Notes: generated from the letters alone by a model not told the origin. A DNA stretch of 64,000 nt from Massalongia carnosa (GCA_965645245.1 OZ287074.1:1302001-1366000); one strand, 5' to 3'; shown: positions 1 to 12,380, counted from the stretch's first letter. Made by a program: numbers and translations.

Positions 1-50
1 AAGAAACAATTGCTTCCGCGTTACCGATCTAGTAACAACGACAACAACAG

Positions 51-76
51 TAATAATAATAATAATAATAATAATA
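51..76. repeat. (AAT)n microsatellite
   Basis: Perfect TAA/AAT run read directly from the sequence. Confidence 0.95.
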
Positions 77-223
77 CTGATCCATCGCGACGACGAGATT
101 TGCGCCCGCACCGAACAACCAAAATACTGCGACCGGAGCCTTCGCACGACAAACACTTGGAAAACCCCGAATGGGATTAGGTGGGTTGGTAGGGCTGGAA
201 TGAGTGTTGTTGTTGAGGACCGG

Positions 224-224
<1 letters not shown>

Positions 225-257
<33 letters not shown>
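225..257. repeat. (CTT)11 microsatellite
   Basis: Perfect CTT run; accounts for the poly-Leu ORF 204..389. Confidence 0.95.
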
Positions 258-259
<2 letters not shown>

Positions 260-764
260 ATTCTTTCATACCTTCTTTACCCTTTTTTTTCTTAGTCTTC
301 CCCTCCCCCTTTCTTTATTGTCCAAATGTACCTGCGTCAAAGGAAGCCGAAAAAGAAGGGCTCATAACTGTATACCAACCAAAATCTAACCCCTATTGGA
401 GTTTTCGTTCTCTCGTCTTTTTCATCCATCACTTGGGTAGAACAGATGAACGGTTTTGGATGTATTGAGAAAAGAGAGTGAGAAATATATAAGACAGTTT
501 TTTTTTTTTTTAAAAACCAGAGGCTTCGAGAGGGTTCCGAACGCATCTCTCCCTTCCTCTTTCATCCATCCATCCACCTACACTCTCTCCTCCGTTCCGA
601 TTCCTCGATCCCACAAACCCTGACCACGCTATTCTACCCCCCCAAAAAACGTAAATGGGAAAAGAAAATAAAAAGCCAATAGCTAAAATTATCAAATAAC
701 CAATTTCCTCGCTAACTTCAATGATGGCGACAGTTAAAGATAAAGGGAGGTAAGTCGGTGGGTG

Positions 765-789
765 ATGAATGAATGAATGAATGAATGAA
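765..789. repeat. (ATGA)n microsatellite
   Basis: About 6 tandem ATGA units. Confidence 0.9.
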
Positions 790-1608
790 GCAAATATATA
801 AAGTAAATTTACGGCCCGCCCACGAATCACGAATCTGGAATTTACAGAAAAAAGCTCAAGTCTTTCGAATGACGCAGGGAAGACGCGAAAAAAGGGGGAG
901 AAATGAGAAGAGGAAGGGGAAGATGTAGATAGACGAAAGAGTAGGGTCTCTTCAATTTTTGTGAAGGTTTCTATTTATTTTCCATTCCCCCATTTCTCCT
1001 CCTCTCCTCTTCTACCTTCAAACCCCGATTTCCCCAATTACCAAGAATTGCAATCGTATGCTCGTCTTGTTTTTTATATTTTTTCTTCTTCAGGTTTTCT
1101 TTCTTCCAGTGCTTGGAGCGAAAGGGGAGTCGGTTTTAAAAATAGAGGAAGGGAGAGAGGGTTTGTGACTAGTCAGAGAGAGAAAGGGGTGAAAGGGAGG
1201 AGGATTGAGGATGATAATGCGCGTTTTTCGGGAAGGGGTGGCGTTTGGGATCACTGTGGATGCGTGAGTGGGTGAGGGGTGAGGATAGGAGGCGGAGGAG
1301 TGGAAGAGTGGAAGAGTGATGGGATGGATGTTGAGAGGGGTCGGAGAAGTGGTTAAGATGAGAAGAGGGAATTAGAGGGATTAAATATGAGTAGTGGAAG
1401 GAAGGGGGAAGGGGGGAGAAACAGACGGGATTGGGGGCGGAGGGGTGGGAGGGAGAGATGGAAAGGCAGATTAGAAGGGGAAACATGGATGGTTAATCTG
1501 AGGTTGCAATGAAATTAGTTAGGCACGCTGCATTGGGTTTGTGATATATGCCGTGGATTAATACGAAATAATGAAAATTTAATAATTTTAGAGAGATAAT
1601 ACCTTCAT

Positions 1609-2897
1609 CTACAGCTTCGACTGGTCCGAGTCGATCCTGATCGTCACTTTGCCCTAGAAGCGCACCACGTGTCAGCCTAAGAACCCAATCTAGCTAAAAG
1701 AAAGGATGCTTACGAGATGTTTCTTATCCCACTATCCATTAGTTAGCATGGTTAGCTCCCCCAAAGATTGATCTAGAGTTCCAACTTACCATATACTGAT
1801 ACGCTTCTCTCACCTCCTCGAAGCCAAACACCCGCTTATCGACCACGGGTTTGATCCTATTAGCGTCGATCGCACGACTCATCTCCTCGAACTGCAGCCG
1901 GCTTCCCACCAGCACCCCCCGCACGGTGAGGGAACCGGACAACACCTCCAAGAAGCCAGGCTGGTCTTTGGAAAATCCGCCCAGGAACCCGAGGATGGTG
2001 ATGACGCCCTCGATGATTGCCGCTTTGAACGATTGCTTCAACGTGTTGGGCCCCCCGACTTCGATCACGTGCTGCACCCCCGCTTGGTCAGGGGTCAGCG
2101 ACTTAGCAGTTTCCCCCCAGTTAGGGTCGTTTTTGTAGTTGAGCACGTGGTCGGCGCCGAGGCGTTTGAGGACCTCCGCTTTTTCGTCGCTGCTGGTGGT
2201 GGCAATAACGCGCGCGCCAGCAGCTTTGGCGAACTGGATGGCGTTAGACCAAATTGTTTTCAGGAATTTCGGGGCATTGAACATACCTGCAAAGCAAAGA
2301 TGCTCACCCCTCCGGTTCCTTGCGTCAGCACCGTGTCTCCAGGCTTCAAGGCTTTGTCCTCGAGTCCGTAGAGAGCGTTCCAAGCCGTCAGTGCGGCACA
2401 GCTAAGCGTACTTCCTTCCTTCAAGTCCAGAGTGGAAGGCAACCCCACAAGACCCTGCTCGTCGAATACTCCATACTGCCGCAACGTCCCATGGAGCCAG
2501 CCTCCCAAGCCGCTAGCCTTCGCAGCAGCAGTGAGATTCCCCGCTAAATGTTTCTGGTTGAAGAGAGTGACCACTCTGTCACCAGGCTTGAAGCGGGACG
2601 CCCTCGAGCCCACGGCCTCCACGATCCCTGCGCCATCCGAGAGAGGAACAAGCGGGGGGTCTTTGGCTTCAGGGTATGTACCCGGTTGGGGAATTAGCAG
2701 TGGCGGAGGACGTAGGATTTGGATTGGAGAAGTACTTTGGAAATGACCAGGTCTCGGTAGTTGAGCGAGGCATAGTAGAAGTGAACGAGAACGTCATGAT
2801 CGGCTAGTGGAGGGATCTTGGCAGATTTGTTCAATTCCAGCCCATCAAACCCGCCTTTGCGTTCAATGGTCCACTGCTGAGTATGTGAAGGCACCAT
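1609..2897 (-). CDS. Zinc-binding alcohol dehydrogenase/MDR-family (quinone oxidoreductase-like) protein, multi-exon, C-terminal PTS1
   Basis: ORF pieces 2694..2942 (ASLNYRD), 2260..2622 (CAALTAWNAL, TQGTGGVS) and 1739..2383 (VIEVGG) join across GT-AG introns; last exon reads GKVTIRIDSDQSKL*. Confidence 0.9.
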
Positions 2898-3444
2898 TGT
2901 CAGAGGGAGAGGATGGATGGAAAAGAAAAAGAGCGATGTCAAGACGAGACGGCTAGAGAGGATATATGTCTATTGACATCATGCCGAATATCTGTAGAAC
3001 GAATATAACGGCATCGTAGGAATCCTCCCCGGCCGCATACGAAGGAAGCATGACGTGCTCATCGGGGGAGATGCTTGACAATCATGACTGTTCCACGAAA
3101 AATGCTTCCTACACCTTTGGTGGCTGAGGGAGGAAATCTGTGCTTAACTAATCCAACATTACGCAGCAGCTTGGAGTGTGGAGGATCAATCACGATTAGT
3201 CATTCTACCTTCATCCCTGACTCCGAGTTCGGAACATGAACGATCTCTGGTGACACACTGGCGTCATGTTGATACCAAGCCTACAGCGCCACGAAACCGC
3301 AGTTCCAATCTCAGTCAATGATCAATGCGTGTTACAATGGTCGCTCCCTGGATCTCGTCACTCTCGCTTGCTAACCCAAAGCTTTCCTATGGTACGGCAT
3401 AGCCATTGCTATCCTGCAGCTACCTGGTATAGCACCAGAACCTT

Positions 3445-3959
3445 TTACGCCTGCAGTTCACCCTTGGCCACAAGAACTGTGATCGCTGAATGATCCCCCA
3501 TGCTGACCTGCTCGCCACCTGTATCCACCACACGAGCTTTCCCATCCTTCTTGATCGAGCCCGCCGAAGGCTCTCCCATCATACGAAGCTGTTCTTGGCG
3601 TATAGAGGCCGCGTCGTGCGTGAGGCCTTCCTTTTCGAGGTACTCGCTGAAGTGAGGTCAGTCGTTACCTGCCATGGTGGTACGTGCATGGAGATCGTTT
3701 TCATGGTGCTACGTGAAAGTCTCCAGTAAGCAGGCTTACCGATTCTCTGGCAGAGCGACCATGCTCGAGAAAGGGTCAGGTTCTTTTTTGAAATTCGTAG
3801 GCTGGCCCTGGGGATGAGGTTAGCTTGCTCAACATGTTCGCAGTGATCTCAGCGGCCTACAATGTCAAGGGGACGCTTCGACGCGCGAGAACGAGTGAAG
3901 ACGGATCCAAGACGTCGGAATCGACGTGCCAACGATCGAAGGTGCTGGAAACACCCCAT
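3445..3959 (-). CDS. Small 3-exon protein (122 aa) with MGC N-terminus and CRIB-like motif; not in the ORF track
   Basis: Exons 3959-3861, 3807-3740 and 3646-3445 join in frame. Introns GTAGGC..GCTAAC..CAG (53 nt) and GTAAGC..CTGAC..CAG (93 nt) are canonical. Confidence 0.7.
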
Positions 3960-4674
3960 GGCGTGTGTTCGAAGCGACTTCATGCAAGAGAATATTTAGG
4001 TGATTGAGGTCTGAAGTAGTAGGTGACAGTTGTAGGAATGGAAAAAAAGAAGACGGTAGACGAAGTATTGACACGCTATGTTCTATAGACGGACGCATGA
4101 AGCATGAAACGCAGTGAACGCAGGCGACAAAGAACGCTCAAAACGACCGGACGACGACAAGAGCCCTGGGAGAGTGATGACGTGAAAACGAAATTGCTGA
4201 TTGCTGGGTGTGTCCAGTTAAATGATGGCTCCGGAGGGACAGGGGCCCTTAAAGCGTTATTATATGAAGGGATCGGACGGACAACCAGAAATGAATGAAA
4301 ATGTCAGTCGATGAATAAATGTCTGTAAGGAAAAGGAACTGCGGAAATTGATTTGTCCCCAAAAGCTTCATTTCGTACAATTGCACAATTACCCGTGCAG
4401 ACTGCCACGCGACAGCTAAAGAGGTGAAACTGTGTTTTTGGTTGCCCAACATGACGACAGGAATGCTGGCAACCGAATGGATGGCTGGGCTGCCATTGCT
4501 CCAAGGTATAGATACAAATGTGCATAGAAATACCATTACCTAGTTACCAGGTGAAGTCAAAAACAACCGGACGGAACATGAGGATACCTCCAGCAGGAGT
4601 CCTGCCCTGGAGCCCCTTGCATTTCTGTAGCATTCTCCAACTCAAACCGCACATTCCAAGCCTCCTCCCCACCG

Positions 4675-6198
4675 TTAATGTGGATGCTCTTTGATATGAA
4701 AACTTTTCAGCTTCACGAACTGCTCGAAGCCAAATCTACTCAAAGTGACTCCCTTCCCTGAGTTTTTCCACCCCGTCCACGCAAGGTCCTACCCATATGT
4801 CAATCACTCAGAGCAAAAAGAAGAGGAAGAGGCCGGTAGGTAATTGTCTTACCGGGCTAGGGAAATCACATCGGTTGATAAAGACCGTGCCTGCGTCAAC
4901 CTGGTCAGCAAGTTGTTCGCCCATCCGTTCGTCCTTGGTCCAAATGCTGGCGGTGAGCCCAAACTCGCTATCGTTCATCAACCGGATGGCCTCTTCGTCG
5001 TTGCCAACCTTCATGACGGGTATGATGGGTCCAAACGTCTCGTCGTTCATCACGTCCATGTCGTGGGTCACGCCCGTCAGTAGCGTCGGCTTGACGTAAT
5101 TCCCTTCGAAAGGTAGGGACGAGAAGCTGGGGGTTTCCGGTGTTGCGTCTCTGGCGCCCTTCTCAAGTGCATCGTGGACGTGGGCGTTGATAAGGTGCAT
5201 CGACTTTTTCGACACCACGGGCCCAATCACGGTGTCTGGATCAAATGGGTCGCCAAGTCTGTAGCCTTTGAGCACGTCTTGTACGGCAGCGACGAACTCA
5301 TCGTGTATCTTTTCCGCAACGTAGACTCTCTCTATGCTACAGCAGCTTTGTCCGGAATTGAACACCGCTCCATCCACAATCTCCCTTGCTACCCATCTGA
5401 TATCTACATCTGCTCGCACATACGCCGGGTCCTTACCTCCAAGTTCGAGTCCGACCGGAACCACCCGATGAGCCGCCGCTTGTTGCACCTGGAGCCCTCC
5501 CGCCACCGAACCTGTAAAACAGATCAGTCGAATCTGCGGGGACCGCACGATGCTCTCCAAGCGTATCAATGATCCGCAGTGAAAAAACTGTATGACGTGG
5601 GCCGGGAGGCCCGCTTCGGCGAAGATGTGATGGATGTGTTCGACAATGGTAGGCGTTTGCGGCGAAGGCTTGAGGATGACAGAATTGCCCGCGAGGATGG
5701 CGGGTATGAGAGAATTAATCAGTATCAAATACGGATACTATCGAATCGTTACTCCCATCCCTTCACCGCAACCGAAATGCAAAGCGAGCCTACGTTCCAC
5801 GCAAAAATGATCAAGACCGGCCCCACTGGGGTTTTTCGGATGTACCGCTTGAAGCCCCTCTCCGGCTCGCCGTCTGTGTCCTGGAGCGCATCCTCGCTGA
5901 TTTTCAACAAATGCTCTGCTCGGGCAACGGCGGTGACGATCTCCTTGGCCGTGTACGCGATCGGTCGCCCCATCTGATGCGTGAGCTCCCACGCCAAGTC
6001 ATCTTGCTTCTGGTAGAGTAGACGGAGCGCCCGCCGCACGATTGCCTGGCGCTCCGCGAGCGAGGTGAGGCGAAAATCATTGAAGGCTTGCGTCGCGATG
6101 GCAGGGAGAAGGGCAACGTCGGCGTCGGAAAGACCGTTTCTCGTTATGATTGGCTGGTCGGTGATGGGCGAAACGGTAGTGAGGACTTCGACGGACAT
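4675..6198 (-). CDS. Aldehyde dehydrogenase, multi-exon
   Basis: Motifs AWN.P, ILKPS, FTGS, LELGGKDP, FNSGQSCC (catalytic Cys), ETFGP; last exon ends KSFHIKEHPH*. Confidence 0.93.
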
Positions 6199-6731
6199 AG
6201 TGGTTTTTCGATTGGGATATTTATCCAAACGCTTTACTCAGTGAATCGTTGCCATGTATTGTCTGTCTCCTTGACATCAAAACTGGTTCAAACTGTACTA
6301 TACAGGAAAAAACTGAAATTATCGCGTAGAGAAGGTAGGATCAACGTTTCATACAAAATCTACAACTCAACGCTGCAGGTATACTGCAAATGACCTTGGA
6401 CCTTAATACTTCTATTTCGCCGGCGAACTTTTGCTGGTGCTTTCTACAGATAATGTACAGAACCTATTCTAAATATTGGATAAAGTATCCCCGTCCTTTT
6501 TCTTTCCCTTCCCTTCAAAATGCCAACGAAGCGCTTGGACCGTCAGGTACGCCCGCTAAAGTTCTCCATAAAAAGAGGAAACATGAAATGTATATATCCG
6601 CAAAATGCAAAGGGTTTTGTACACCGTGAATGATGGCCGGAGAACTATATCAAATAGTCGCTATCAAACATTGATAAACCAAAACTAACATGGGATTCAT
6701 CGAATATTTCTTTCACCTCACGTTGGCGCAA

Positions 6732-9700
6732 TCAGGAGAAAAAGTACTGGCTATCTCGAAGCTTGGTAATGTCGAAGTTGCCCTGGGCAAACGTCAGCGA
6801 TTGATGGAGAAGATATTGAAAGGACTTGGGGTAAGAGGGAAACCTTTTTGGGCACCGGCGGAATGATCAATCGTCGCCAGAGCCATATTTTAGCATCTGG
6901 TGTTAATCGTTTGGTCTTCTCCTTCCTGTCTTTCTTACTATTGTCCAACTCCTCCTCTTCCACCTCCTCCACCTCCTCCAATTTTTCCTCTGCCTCCTCA
7001 ACTTGCTCATAGTAATTATCTCCGTCCTTCTCTGCAAGCTCATCATCCTCGATGTCCTTAAACGTGGCTTCTTGCGATTCTATGCCAGGGACTGCACTAC
7101 CAATTGACGGGTTCACGACCCCTTTCTCATCAAGGCTGGTAGCTTCGAGCTGGTGATCTATAGGTTGCTTAGGTCTTGTACCCCGCTGATCAAGCCCGCC
7201 CAAGATTGGAACGTCTCGGTCGGTGACTAGAGCCATGTCTTGCTCTTTAGCCACGTCTTCAAAAATCCTTCCAGCCGTGATCATGGACTCGCCTTCCAGC
7301 CTTTCCTGTGGTTTCTCTGAGGCAAGTAAATCTAAACGTCGTCGCTCCAACAGAAGCTCTCTCATACAAAGACTACCCTGCTGCTTAGATTGTTGCGATC
7401 GCCAAGCAGTAATTTTTAGACCCACCGCACTGGTTTTAGGCACAAGTGTGTACTGCAAGGAATGCCCATACCTTGCACGGAACTCGGCTGCGAGCCGGCC
7501 AATAATGTCCTCAGAATGCATTCGAATAAATGCGTCGCGGATGATCCTATTCATGGTGTCGACATCTCCAGCATGAGTCCAGAAGGAGTCGTGCACGGAG
7601 GCGAACTCAATTCCTAGCTCTGAACACTTCAAAGCAGTGAGCATCATGTGGGTCGCGTCAAGTGAGTGTATGAAGTTAGGTGGAAAAGCCTGAAGTTGTT
7701 TGCGGAGGTGTACCGGGTCCGAGACAGAAGGTGTTTTAATATGAATATGTTGCATGGTTGTTGGGACCCGAAACGTCTTGGATCGTCGATAATGTTGCAC
7801 AACAGGCATTTTGAGAGGGGAGGTCCAGATAACCACGTTTTTGAAAAGAGCCATTTCCATTTTGGAGGAGGTGAGTTTTTTGCTCTCTGACTTGTCGTTT
7901 TTCAGCCATGTTTTAGGGCTTTGGCCATTCGTCTGCTGTTCTAGACTTCTAATCTGTTCGATACTTACTGATCTAGATATTCGAAAGGCGCACTCCCCAA
8001 GCCAGAGTTGTATATCTCGTGCACCGTTAAACATCTGCTTTAGAGCTATGAAAATTTTAGTTACGATATATCGAGAAGCCAATTCAAGATTGGCCGTATC
8101 TGTGTCAGGAAAACCCTTCAAAACATCATCCAGCTGATTCCGAACCTGTTTCTTAGCACCGAGAAAAGTGACGCCGTAGACATTTGTCATTACGGTTTGT
8201 TTGACAACCTTCCTCGTAATCTTTCCTACCAAAAGCCCGGCAAGTATATCACCCTGGGCGGCGTCTTCAGCAATCTCGGCTTTAACGAGCTCAGCAACGC
8301 CCGTGTAGATATCTGAAGGCCGATCGCCTGGTTCTAAGTTGACTTGTCGTGCCCCAACAGCGTCACCCCCAAGTGCAGCGTAGTGCTGGAGGCCATTGCA
8401 AGTACCATCCTGATGTATAGGTAAGTGCGAAACGAACCGGTACGGGTCAGGTGATTCGAGCGCTTTTTTCAGCTCCATGCAAGCTCCAAGGCATTGCCAC
8501 GGGTCTTCACCTTGGAGCCACCATCTTGCTCCGCTCAAAGGATTGGATGCAGAATCAAACACATCGGGTAGATGATCCTCGGTGAACTTCAGCCTATCTG
8601 TGAAGCTCGCTTTATCGAACCCATATAGGTTGGCTACATGGATCTTCAGCCATCTTAACCCGCTTTCCCCAAGCTCTTTGCCTTTGTCAAACAGTAGTAG
8701 CCCTCTGCAAGGATCAGCGCTCATATGATTAAAAAACGGAACCATCGGGTAAGCTCGACCGCGAAAATCAAGATTGTGAGGGAAATAAAAGGTTTCGTCT
8801 AAATATGCTCGAGCTATTTCAAGTTGAAAATTCTGGAAACATCTTTGCGATCTCAATCCGGCAGAGAAATTTGCGATCTTTCTCTTCTCTTGCCACCATT
8901 TACGTCGTTCAGTCATGTCCTCTGGTAGAGAGGTCTCTGATGAAACCTCAGGCTCTGTGATTTCTGGGGCAAGCTTGCCTAAAGCTACACCTGAATTCCA
9001 ACCCTCCAACATTACCTCAAAAACCCCACGATTGATGCGCCAAGGTGTCTTTGATAAAACATCGAGGCCAGCAAACATCTGTTCCATATCACCATTATCT
9101 GATGCAGCCAAGGCGTATTTCTTTGATTGATAGTCACCGTTTTTAACGCGCACTGCGTTCACTGAATGTTTGAGGAAGGCGCCATCATCAAAGCCTGTCC
9201 AGGGCCGGGGCACTATGAGCATGGGCAAGTATTTGGACAAAGTAGAATCCAGGGGCTCTGTTGCCAGTTTCTTGACCATTGCTTTATTTAAACGTAGGAA
9301 GCCTATACGTTTTCCACCGGAATGCTGATAATTGTGCAAAAAAACAGCCTGAGACTCTTGGTGTACATTACCCGTCTGTGGATCTTTGCAGATAACTTCT
9401 ATTTTAGCCACAGATATCAGGAATGAGGTTAAAAGCGCACCGACTCTTGCTTTGGTACTCTGGCTCCATTTTGATAGCCGTTCGTCTTCCAGCATCCCGT
9501 TGGGTAAATCAACAAACCTACTTAAAGTATGGCGCGGTGAGCGTCTCTTGACCAAGCTTGATATTCCTCGAAGGTGCTGAGCTTGATCCATTTGCCGTCT
9601 GAACTTTTGCTTCTCACTCTTATGAATATTCGCAACCAAGTACTCGTTTTCTAGGGATTCTGCAGCATTCACAACTACTCTGGTTAGTGGTAAACCCTGC

Positions 9701-11208
9701 GGATCGTCCTTGTTCACACAAAGCAAGCTCATACAAGCCAAGATGGTCACAGCGGAAACTTTTTCCGGGGGAAGAAGCTGAAGGAATGGCCCATAAAAAC
9801 ATCGCTCCAGGTCCGCTTCACCCCTCGTTTGCTTTGATTCGGCTTCATTGGCTTTCACTATCTCTTCTTTAATCATGGTGGTTAATTTTTCGTGCCAAGT
9901 CCACATGCATGCCCCAATGTTGGCTTTCGATAGTCCAGCGTCAATTCCTATCCGCTTCAAGTTTTCGCTTTCAGAACGCCAACGTTCAATAGCAGCCGTT
10001 GTAGTGTCAGCTTCGAGCTGTCGTTGGCGCTTTACAGCAAAACACTCTCCTCTTTCCAGTTCCGTTGTGCCATGTCGACCAGCCAACAACTGCTTTGAAG
10101 TTTTAGAGAATATCGCCAACGCTTTCTTAAGTGCAGGGAAGTTGGTGCCTTTCTGCAACATTTCTTTCACTTTAGGGATATCAGTAGCGGTTTCAGCCGA
10201 CGGATGGATTAGCTGTGGCGTTGAATCTGTTAACATTGAGTCTCTATCTATTTCTTCATAGATTTCGCTGACGAGGTTTGGGGCGATCTATAAGCCCATC
10301 AGCCTTGGTCCCTGCCGAAGTATCTGCCCACATACCAACGTAGCCCTCCCAAAGTCTTGCTCGCTAGCCAGAATTTGTAGCCTTGCTAATGTTCCATCCA
10401 GGAGTCCAGCTTCATCTGCAAGAGAGAAATATCTTTTTATCGTCCGATTGGCCTTCGAGGCATTCGATTCTTGAAGGGCAGTATGTATCATGAAGGCGTA
10501 GGTGCTTGCATCCGCTATTACCCCAGCACCTCTTATATCTACTTCAAACCATTTATATACATCCCTTAACATGGTTTGATCCTTCGTCCGAACCACGATC
10601 TGAACAAGTTCTCTTAAGTAGTCGTTATGCGCAGCGATTAACTCAGGCGCTTCAGGCTTGAGTACGTGGTTCAATCTCCGCATTATAGTCGCGGCCCGTG
10701 GAAAGCGTCCTACTTGAAGACAGGCACGAAAAATTTCCATGATCTCTGGCATACTTCCACCAATTGCGCTCGGCGTATGAATCTTGAGCCTTGGCGGCCG
10801 GCTTGTAAGAGTATCATCAATAATGATGGGGTTTTCTGGGTCGAGTGGTCGAATAGTCGCTAAAGCAATTCGTTCGAGCCATGGGCGGGTAATGTTTGTC
10901 GGTTGTTGAAGAGCTACAGGCAAACCTTCGAATGGAACAAAGTCATCTGGCGGTATATTATACTCCGCTGGTGAAGCTGATGCGAGGCCTCGCGATTTTG
11001 ATAGCAGTTCGGCGGCAGTTAATTGAAATAGACTGGTCCGAATGTTAGGTTTCGATCTACGTTTATTTATGGTTGATGTCTTTCGAGAACGCGAGGCGAT
11101 TGTATACAAGAAGGGACATAGCCATGGCAAGTGTAGGCCATCTGAAGCATGTTGCCACTGTCTGAAGGTTTCTGCCTGTATTCTTTGCTTCGAGGCTCGA
11201 GCGAACAT
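6732..11208 (-). CDS. RPO41: Mitochondrial DNA-directed RNA polymerase (T7-like, nuclear-encoded)
   Basis: Motifs DFRGRAYP, HQDGTCNGLQHYAALG, RKVVKQTVMTNVYG, PPNFIHSLDA, SVHDSFWT, C-terminal SQYFFS*; N-terminal exon MFARASKQR resembles a mitochondrial presequence. Confidence 0.97.
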
Positions 11209-11331
11209 GTTCGAGGGAAGTTCACCATGAAGAAAACGAAGGATTAAGAGGCTCAAGAAAAATACCTTTGCAAAAGGAGATTTTCTTTACATGCGCTTGC
11301 CCACAGACCACCCGCGCCACAGCGAAGCCAC

Positions 11332-12380
11332 TTGCCTCAGTACCTCAGACGTGCGTGGGCTCTAGGAGCCGTCTAAGCCCCTCCAGGTTAGCCTATTTCG
11401 CTAAGCTCCTTCGGATTAGCGTCCCAGCTGACTAACGAAGCGCAAGGTGGTGATAGAAATTTGCCTCAGTACCTCAAACGTGCCCGGCTAAGCCCCTTCG
11501 GGTTAGCATTATAGAACTTAAGCCCCTTCGGGTTAACAGGCTGACTACGCACCACATCTGTAGCAAGTCTGAGCCCAAAACTCAAGATTACGGTCAGATA
11601 TGGCTTAACGATCATGACAAGAACGATTTTGACCTTATAGAACAACGTCACAACTTCATTATTTTCATGTTTGTAACGTCGTCGTCGCTTGATATGATCA
11701 TGATCAATGTATTTTTTATTTTTTCGTTATAAATTTCAATCTTTATTTATGTTTATTACGTGCAGAACAATTTTACATACATCTTGTTATTTTCGTTAAG
11801 TCGATTCTCGATTTTTATGCGAAGTGCAATCAGATTGTCCCACATGAACTTTACAACGAACAGGAATTTCAGGAAACTTTCTATACAAAGTCTACTTGAA
11901 TTCTTTCGAAGAAATAGCCCGTGTCAAACGAAAAAGCAAGACGTCAAAATGTCGAAAAATCGCAATAATACACGATTTATTACGAATATCTGACCGTAAT
12001 ATTGTGTTTTGCGCTCAGACGTGCTATCGCAGCCACGTTAGTCAGCTGGGACGCTAATCAGAAGGAGCTTAGCGAAATAGACTAACCCGGAGGGGCCAAG
12101 AGCCCACGCACGTCTGAGGTATTGCTACATAGTAGTACAGATGTGCTGCGTAGTCAGCCTGTTAACCCGAAGGGGCTTAACGTTCTGTAAGGCTAACCCG
12201 AAGGGACTTAACCGGGCACGTCTGAGGCAAGAAGCCACTAATTATTACAGATATATTATGTAATCACGCTCTTGTAGATATTTTGCCTGGCCAAGCCCCT
12301 TCGGGTTAACAGGCTAACTGTGCGACTAATCAGAAAGAGCTTAGCGAGATAGGCTAACCCGGAGGGGCATAGACGGCTCT
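11332..12380. mobile_element. Cluster of modular hairpin repeats (arms A and B in both orientations); probable non-autonomous element
   Basis: B' 11332-11437, A 11461-11562, B 12027-12125, A' 12136-12230, partial arms 12284-12380; a near-identical A+B copy lies at 57548-57748. Confidence 0.8.
11561..12026. mobile_element. MITE-like segment with 41-bp inverted repeats and AT-rich interior
   Basis: 11561-11601 TAGCAAGTCTGAGCCCAAAACTCAAGATTACGGTCAGATAT is the reverse complement of 11986-12026 with 4 mismatches; TA at both outer ends. Confidence 0.8.

Noticed and set aside
850..1490. Purine-rich tract with short ORFs on both strands
   Set aside because: Low-complexity intergenic DNA; the ORFs are compositional artefacts with no motifs.
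6732..11208. Phage or linear-plasmid RNA polymerase
   Set aside because: Spliceosomal introns, presequence-like N-terminus and YFFS end identify the ordinary nuclear RPO41.
11332..12380. CRISPR-like or bacterial REP array
   Set aside because: No regular repeat-spacer period, no cas or RAYT gene, eukaryotic context; reported as a mobile-element repeat instead.
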